From a virus (taxonomy: Duplodnaviria; Caudoviricetes): a stretch of DNA of 27,730 nt. How positions within the stretch are numbered: position 1 is the first letter of the stretch; every line of letters begins with the position of its first letter. The translations under genes were made by a program, and so were the position numbers. Below are positions 23,683 to 27,730 of this stretch, piece by piece. Location of the stretch: positions 1 through 27,730 of IMG/VR virus record IMGVR_UViG_3300020716_000034, one strand, 5' to 3'. The notes under the pieces are model-generated. The model was not told where the DNA came from and did not search any database. It saw only the letters and a list, made by a program, of their open reading frames with translations.

Positions 23683-23936
23683 TCATAGAATATTTTGATT
23701 CAAAATTTGATATCCCGGATATACTGATTGACAAGTATGCCAAGGATTTTGATGGCTTGCCGGGCAGTAAGTACCGAGAAGGCGTCCAGCAAATCAGAGA
23801 ATCAATTGAAGAGATACTAGATTTAATTGCCGAAGAACCAGAGTTGTTACATGAGGTAGAATACCTATCTGATTTTGTTAGCGCTCTGGCCATGAAGCAG
23901 GCGCTGTCTAAACTAGGTATTTTGTACGACGCCTAA
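23679..23936 (+). CDS. acidic hypothetical protein (85 aa)
   Basis: Coupled ORF. Confidence 0.7.
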   Translation: MIIEYFDSKFDIPDILIDKYAKDFDGLPGSKYREGVQQIRESIEEILDLIAEEPELLHEVEYLSDFVSALAMKQALSKLGILYDA

Positions 23937-23970
23937 CTATCTCACATTGTGAAATATTTGTAGTAGAATT

Positions 23971-23982
23971 TTTGCATTAGTA
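23971..23982 (+). promoter_or_regulatory. putative phage promoter TTTGCATTAGTA
   Basis: Intergenic, upstream of SSB; palindrome TCTCACATTGTGAAA at 23940-23954 just upstream. Confidence 0.7.
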
Positions 23983-24047
23983 GTTGTAAGGGTAACGATG
24001 CGGCCCCTAAAGTCCGCGTCACTTAAAAAGGTAAAAAGGTAAAAATT

Positions 24048-24560
24048 ATGGCTAAATCAACTAAAGTGCAGTTTGTAACCGGTAAGGTACGTTTCTCTTT
24101 TGTTCATGTATTTGAACCAGCTGAGACACTGAACGGCTCTATGAAGTACTCCGCTTCTATTCTGATCCCAAAGACAGACAAAGAAGGAGTTGCTGCTTTT
24201 AATAAGGCATTTGAAGAAACAAAACAAGCAAACGTCGGTTATTTTGGGGGCGCTATTCCAAAGAACCTTAAAGGTGGTTTGCGTGATGGTGATGCTGAGA
24301 AAGATGACGCAGTGTATGCTGGTCACTATTTCTTTAATGCTAGCGGTAGCGAAAAGCCAGGCATCTTTGATGAAAATTCAAATGCCATTTTAGATAAGGC
24401 TGATTTTTATAGCGGTTGTTATGGAAAAGCTTCTATCACAATGTATCCATACGACATCAATGGAACACGCGGTATCGCTTTCGGTTTGAATGCCGTTAAG
24501 AAGTTAGAAGACGGCCAAAAACTCGGTGGCGCTGTAGTATCCGCAGCAGTATTCGATTAA
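24048..24560 (+). CDS. DUF2815 single-stranded DNA-binding protein
   Basis: VRFSFVHVFEP..KYSASILIPK..LRDGD..FYSGCY..GIAFGLN..K..DG..LGG. Confidence 0.9.
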   Translation: MAKSTKVQFVTGKVRFSFVHVFEPAETLNGSMKYSASILIPKTDKEGVAAFNKAFEETKQANVGYFGGAIPKNLKGGLRDGDAEKDDAVYAGHYFFNASGSEKPGIFDENSNAILDKADFYSGCYGKASITMYPYDINGTRGIAFGLNAVKKLEDGQKLGGAVVSAAVFD

Positions 24561-24581
24561 TAGTAGTACCCTGTAGTGGGC

Positions 24582-24611
24582 GGGGCGGCTAGAAACTGGT
24601 CGCCCCTTTTT
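24582..24611 (+). terminator. intrinsic terminator
   Basis: GGGGCGGCTAG-aaa-CTGGTCGCCCC followed by T5. Confidence 0.8.
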
Positions 24612-24647
24612 GCCCTTTAGACCAACCATATAACAATAAAAGAAACC

Positions 24648-25073
24648 ATGGATCAATATTACGTGTACCAGCACATAGATCCCGAAACCGGTGAATTGCT
24701 TTACATCGGAATGGGAAGTTACGAAAGAGCTTGGTTATGCCGAGGCTCTAACAGAAAGAAAAATCACCAAGAAAGATTGAATGAATTATTTGCGTTAGGC
24801 TATACAATGCAAGATGTTGTAAGCATAATGGCAAACGGCTTAAGCAAAGAAGCTGCATTAAGTTTAGAATTAACTAAGATTGAAAAGTTCAAACCAAGGT
24901 TTAATAATTTAAGTAATCCCGATTGGAAGTATCCATCAAAATTTGCTGATGAAGTTGTAACAATGATTAAAGCATTGGCAAAAATGGGATATGGTCCACA
25001 AAACACCGCCTTTTTATTAGGTGGAGATAAAAAGAAAAACGCAATGACAATTTGGAGATTAAACAATGGTTAA
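24648..25073 (+). CDS. GIY-YIG-like endonuclease with C-terminal HTH-like tail
   Basis: YYVYQH..LLYIGMG..RAW..EAALSLE..I..P.FN; AT-richer than its neighbours. Confidence 0.75.
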   Translation: MDQYYVYQHIDPETGELLYIGMGSYERAWLCRGSNRKKNHQERLNELFALGYTMQDVVSIMANGLSKEAALSLELTKIEKFKPRFNNLSNPDWKYPSKFADEVVTMIKALAKMGYGPQNTAFLLGGDKKKNAMTIWRLNNG

Positions 25074-26949
25074 GATGGATCAATACATGGAATATATAGC
25101 AGCAAGCCGTTACGCCCGTTACCAAGACGATAAGAGCCGTCGTGAAAATTGGGGCGAAACAGTTGACCGTTATGTCGATTATATTTTTAGCCGTACACCA
25201 GCAATCACACAAAACACAGAATTAAAAACCGAAATTCGTAGTGCCATTTATAATCTAGATTTAATGCCGTCCATGCGCGCCATGATGACAGCAGGAAAGA
25301 GTGCCGATCGTGACAATACTTGCGTCTATAATTGCTCGTATCTCCCAGTGGATGACCCCAAATCCTTTGACGAAGCAATGTTCATTTTGCTTTGCGGAAC
25401 TGGTGTTGGATTCTCAGTTGAATCCAAGTACATTAACAACTTGCCAGAAGTGCCAGAAAACTTGTTTGATTCCGAGCACACCATCGCAGTCCACGACTCC
25501 AAAGAAGGTTGGGCAAAGTCCTTGCGTCTACTCCTCGCCCACCTCTGGGCAGGAGAAATTCCACGTTGGGACGTTTCCAACGTACGCCCAGCCGGAACAC
25601 GACTCAAAACTTTTGGTGGAAGAGCTTCCGGGCCGGAACCACTAGTTGACTTATTTAAGTTTACGGTTAATACTTTTAAACATGCAAAAGGTCGCCGATT
25701 AAACTCATTAGAGTGTCATGACTTGATGTGTAAAATTGGTGAGGTAGTTGTAGTGGGTGGTGTACGTCGCTCTGCTATGATTTCACTTTCCGATCTGGAT
25801 GATGAAAGGATTCGACATGCAAAAGCTGGACCATGGTGGGACACAGCGCCACACCGCGCTCTTGCGAACAACAGTGCGGTGTATAACGAAACACCTACTG
25901 TCGGAAAGTTCATGGAAGAATGGCTATCACTTTACAACTCCCATTCCGGTGAACGAGGCATTTTTAATCGGGAGGCTGCTAAAAAGACGGTTGAAAAATA
26001 CGGGCATCGAGATCCAAATTTTGAATGGGGAACAAATCCGTGCAGTGAAATCATTCTCCGACCATACCAATTTTGCAATCTTAGTGAATGTGTAGTGCGC
26101 CATGACGACACAAGAGAAACCCTTTTGTCTAAAGTACGCCTTGCCGCTATACTCGGAACAATACAAGCAACTTTTACCAAGTTCCCTTATCTGCGTAGGG
26201 TGTGGCAGAGAAATACGGAAGAAGAAAGATTACTCGGTGTGTCCCTTACAGGAATTTATGACAACCCGTTACTAACAACTCAAGGAGAAAAACTAAATGG
26301 TTTACTTACAGAGCTTCGAGAGGAGGCTAGACGAGCCAATGAGGAGTTTGCAGAGTTGCTTGGAATACCTAAGAGTGCTGCAATTACTTGCGTCAAGCCC
26401 AGTGGAACCGTCAGCCAGCTCGTTGATAGTGCTTCTGGAATCCACCCTCGACACGCTAAATACTACATACGAAGAGTTAGAGGAGATAAGAAAGACCCTC
26501 TCACCCAATTCTTAATTGAACAAGGAATCCCAAATGAAGCATGCGTCTACAAGCCCGACCAAACCGTCGTTTTTTCGTTCCCTATTAAAGCGCCAGCAGG
26601 CATTACAAGAAGCGATGTCACGCCTATTTCGCACCTTGAACTCTGGCTCACGTACCAAAGACACTGGTGTGAACACAAGCCCTCGGTCACCATTTCCGTT
26701 GAAGAAAAAGACTGGCCAGAAGTTGGAGCGTGGACATGGAAAAACTTTGACGAAATTAGCGGAGTTTCCTACCTCCCGTACGATGGCGGAACGTACCGCC
26801 AAGCCCCGTACGAAGAGTGCACCAAAGAAGTCTACAAAGAGCTCAAAGCCAGTCTCCCCCAAATCAACTGGGAAGAGTTCAAAGAAAACACAGACAACGT
26901 CGAAAGCGCGCAGCAGTTAGCATGCTCTGCGGGATCTTGCGAAATTTAA
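25066..26949 (+). CDS. nrdJ: class II (adenosylcobalamin-dependent) ribonucleotide reductase
   Basis: MPSMRAM, YNCSY, GTGVGFS, VVGGVRRSAMI, GTNPCSEI..QFCNLSE, TCVKPSGTVS, C-terminal LACSAGSCEI; no beta subunit gene nearby. Start could be 25075. Confidence 0.92.
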   Translation: MVKMDQYMEYIAASRYARYQDDKSRRENWGETVDRYVDYIFSRTPAITQNTELKTEIRSAIYNLDLMPSMRAMMTAGKSADRDNTCVYNCSYLPVDDPKSFDEAMFILLCGTGVGFSVESKYINNLPEVPENLFDSEHTIAVHDSKEGWAKSLRLLLAHLWAGEIPRWDVSNVRPAGTRLKTFGGRASGPEPLVDLFKFTVNTFKHAKGRRLNSLECHDLMCKIGEVVVVGGVRRSAMISLSDLDDERIRHAKAGPWWDTAPHRALANNSAVYNETPTVGKFMEEWLSLYNSHSGERGIFNREAAKKTVEKYGHRDPNFEWGTNPCSEIILRPYQFCNLSECVVRHDDTRETLLSKVRLAAILGTIQATFTKFPYLRRVWQRNTEEERLLGVSLTGIYDNPLLTTQGEKLNGLLTELREEARRANEEFAELLGIPKSAAITCVKPSGTVSQLVDSASGIHPRHAKYYIRRVRGDKKDPLTQFLIEQGIPNEACVYKPDQTVVFSFPIKAPAGITRSDVTPISHLELWLTYQRHWCEHKPSVTISVEEKDWPEVGAWTWKNFDEISGVSYLPYDGGTYRQAPYEECTKEVYKELKASLPQINWEEFKENTDNVESAQQLACSAGSCEI

Positions 26950-26973
26950 AGTTTTTCACTTGGTGGTGATGTT

Positions 26974-27003
26974 GGGGGTGGCTTGTACAGCATCCCCTTT
27001 TTT
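26974..27003 (+). terminator. intrinsic terminator
   Basis: GGGGGTGGCT-tgtac-AGCATCCCC followed by T6. Confidence 0.75.
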
Positions 27004-27052
27004 ATGTTACAGTATTTATTCCGCCAATACGTTGGCTGCCTTAGGAGCATTT

Positions 27053-27730
27053 ATGATTTACAGTATTGACTTTGAAACACGCAGCACCATCGATCTAACC
27101 AAACAAGGGCTAGACATTTACGCCAACGATGACACAACAGAAGTGTTGTGTATTGCGTTCGGCAACCCAACAACAGATTCCGTTATTGTTACAAAACCCA
27201 GAGTTGATCCTTCAAACGAAGACCTAATGTTTTTGTTAGCCCACGTCAAACGTGGCGGCAAAATCCAAGCATGGAACGCCATGTTCGAGTACGCCATCTG
27301 GAACTGCGTCTGTGTGCCTAAGTACGGCTGGCCGCCACTAAAACTGGAGCAGTGCATTGACTCTATGGCCATAGCAGCGGCCAACAACGTACCACAATCA
27401 CTGGGCGATGCAGCCATCTTCATGGACGCAAACCAGCAGAAAGATACTCGTGGTAGGTATCTGATTCAGAAGCTGTGCAAGCCCACCAAAAAGGGTGAGT
27501 TTAATAATGACCCAGAACTGCTAAAAGAGCTGTTTGATTATTGCATGGGCGACGTACGCACAGAAATGGCCATAGGAGCCGTTTTAAGGCCCCTTACAGC
27601 CGACGAGCAGGATATCTGGACCCTCACCCAGCGGATTAACCTGCGAGGCGTTCCTGTGGACTATAATGAGCTCCACAACGCTGTCTTGGCTGTGGTAAGG
27701 GCACAGGATGCCATTGACAACGAATGCCTT
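27053..27730 (+). CDS. family A DNA polymerase, N-terminal 3'-5' exonuclease part (runs off window)
   Basis: Manually translated: MIYSIDFETRSTIDL..GLDIYA (ExoI), AWNAMFE (ExoII), LFDYCMGDVRTE (ExoIII), QRINLRGVPVD; AGGAG RBS. Not in the ORF track. Confidence 0.9.
   Translation, partial: MIYSIDFETRSTIDLTKQGLDIYANDDTTEVLCIAFGNPTTDSVIVTKPRVDPSNEDLMFLLAHVKRGGKIQAWNAMFEYAIWNCVCVPKYGWPPLKLEQCIDSMAIAAANNVPQSLGDAAIFMDANQQKDTRGRYLIQKLCKPTKKGEFNNDPELLKELFDYCMGDVRTEMAIGAVLRPLTADEQDIWTLTQRINLRGVPVDYNELHNAVLAVVRAQDAIDNECL

Noticed and set aside
26516-26920. 134-aa basic alternate-frame ORF in nrdJ (also 17207..17689, 22602..23162, 25301..25645)
   Set aside because: Ser/Thr/Lys/Arg-rich composition expected from off-frame reading; no family motif, unlike the MTase nested ORF.
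27118-27423. 101-aa minus-strand ORF
   Set aside because: Antisense to the DNA polymerase frame that starts at 27053.
1-27730. tRNAs, integrase/att sites, introns, stop-codon reassignment
   Set aside because: None recognised by eye; conserved genes are uninterrupted under the standard code. A tRNAscan/Infernal run would be needed to exclude RNA genes formally.

Overview
Window from a tailed dsDNA bacteriophage (Caudoviricetes). The host is probably a Betaproteobacterium, inferred from the host-type operator motifs. The left ~3.4 kb is a minus-strand packaging operon: hypothetical gene, a catalytically degenerate free-standing intein-like Hint/LAGLIDADG protein, terminase large subunit, a small gene and the start of a portal-like gene. 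A ~950-bp non-coding divergence region (3411-4386) holds an origin-like iteron element, a DnaA box, a GC-rich putative genome-end signal and a dense array of host transcription-factor-like sites (4 perfect NtrC boxes plus PhaR-, MraZ- and IclR-like and unassigned palindromes). The plus strand carries early small genes, a sigma-70 factor lacking region 4, a C5 DNA methyltransferase with an overlapping beta-subunit-like ORF, a second copy of the origin-like element, primase-helicase, VRR-NUC, HNH-like nuclease, SNF2 helicase, an acyl carrier protein + ketosynthase pair, a TerS-like gene, DUF2800 nuclease, SSB, GIY-YIG-like nuclease, class II RNR and the 5' part of a family A DNA polymerase. A motif (T/A)TGCATTAGT precedes seven genes or operons and is the likely phage-sigma promoter. 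All family assignments come from motif recognition by eye; no searches were run.
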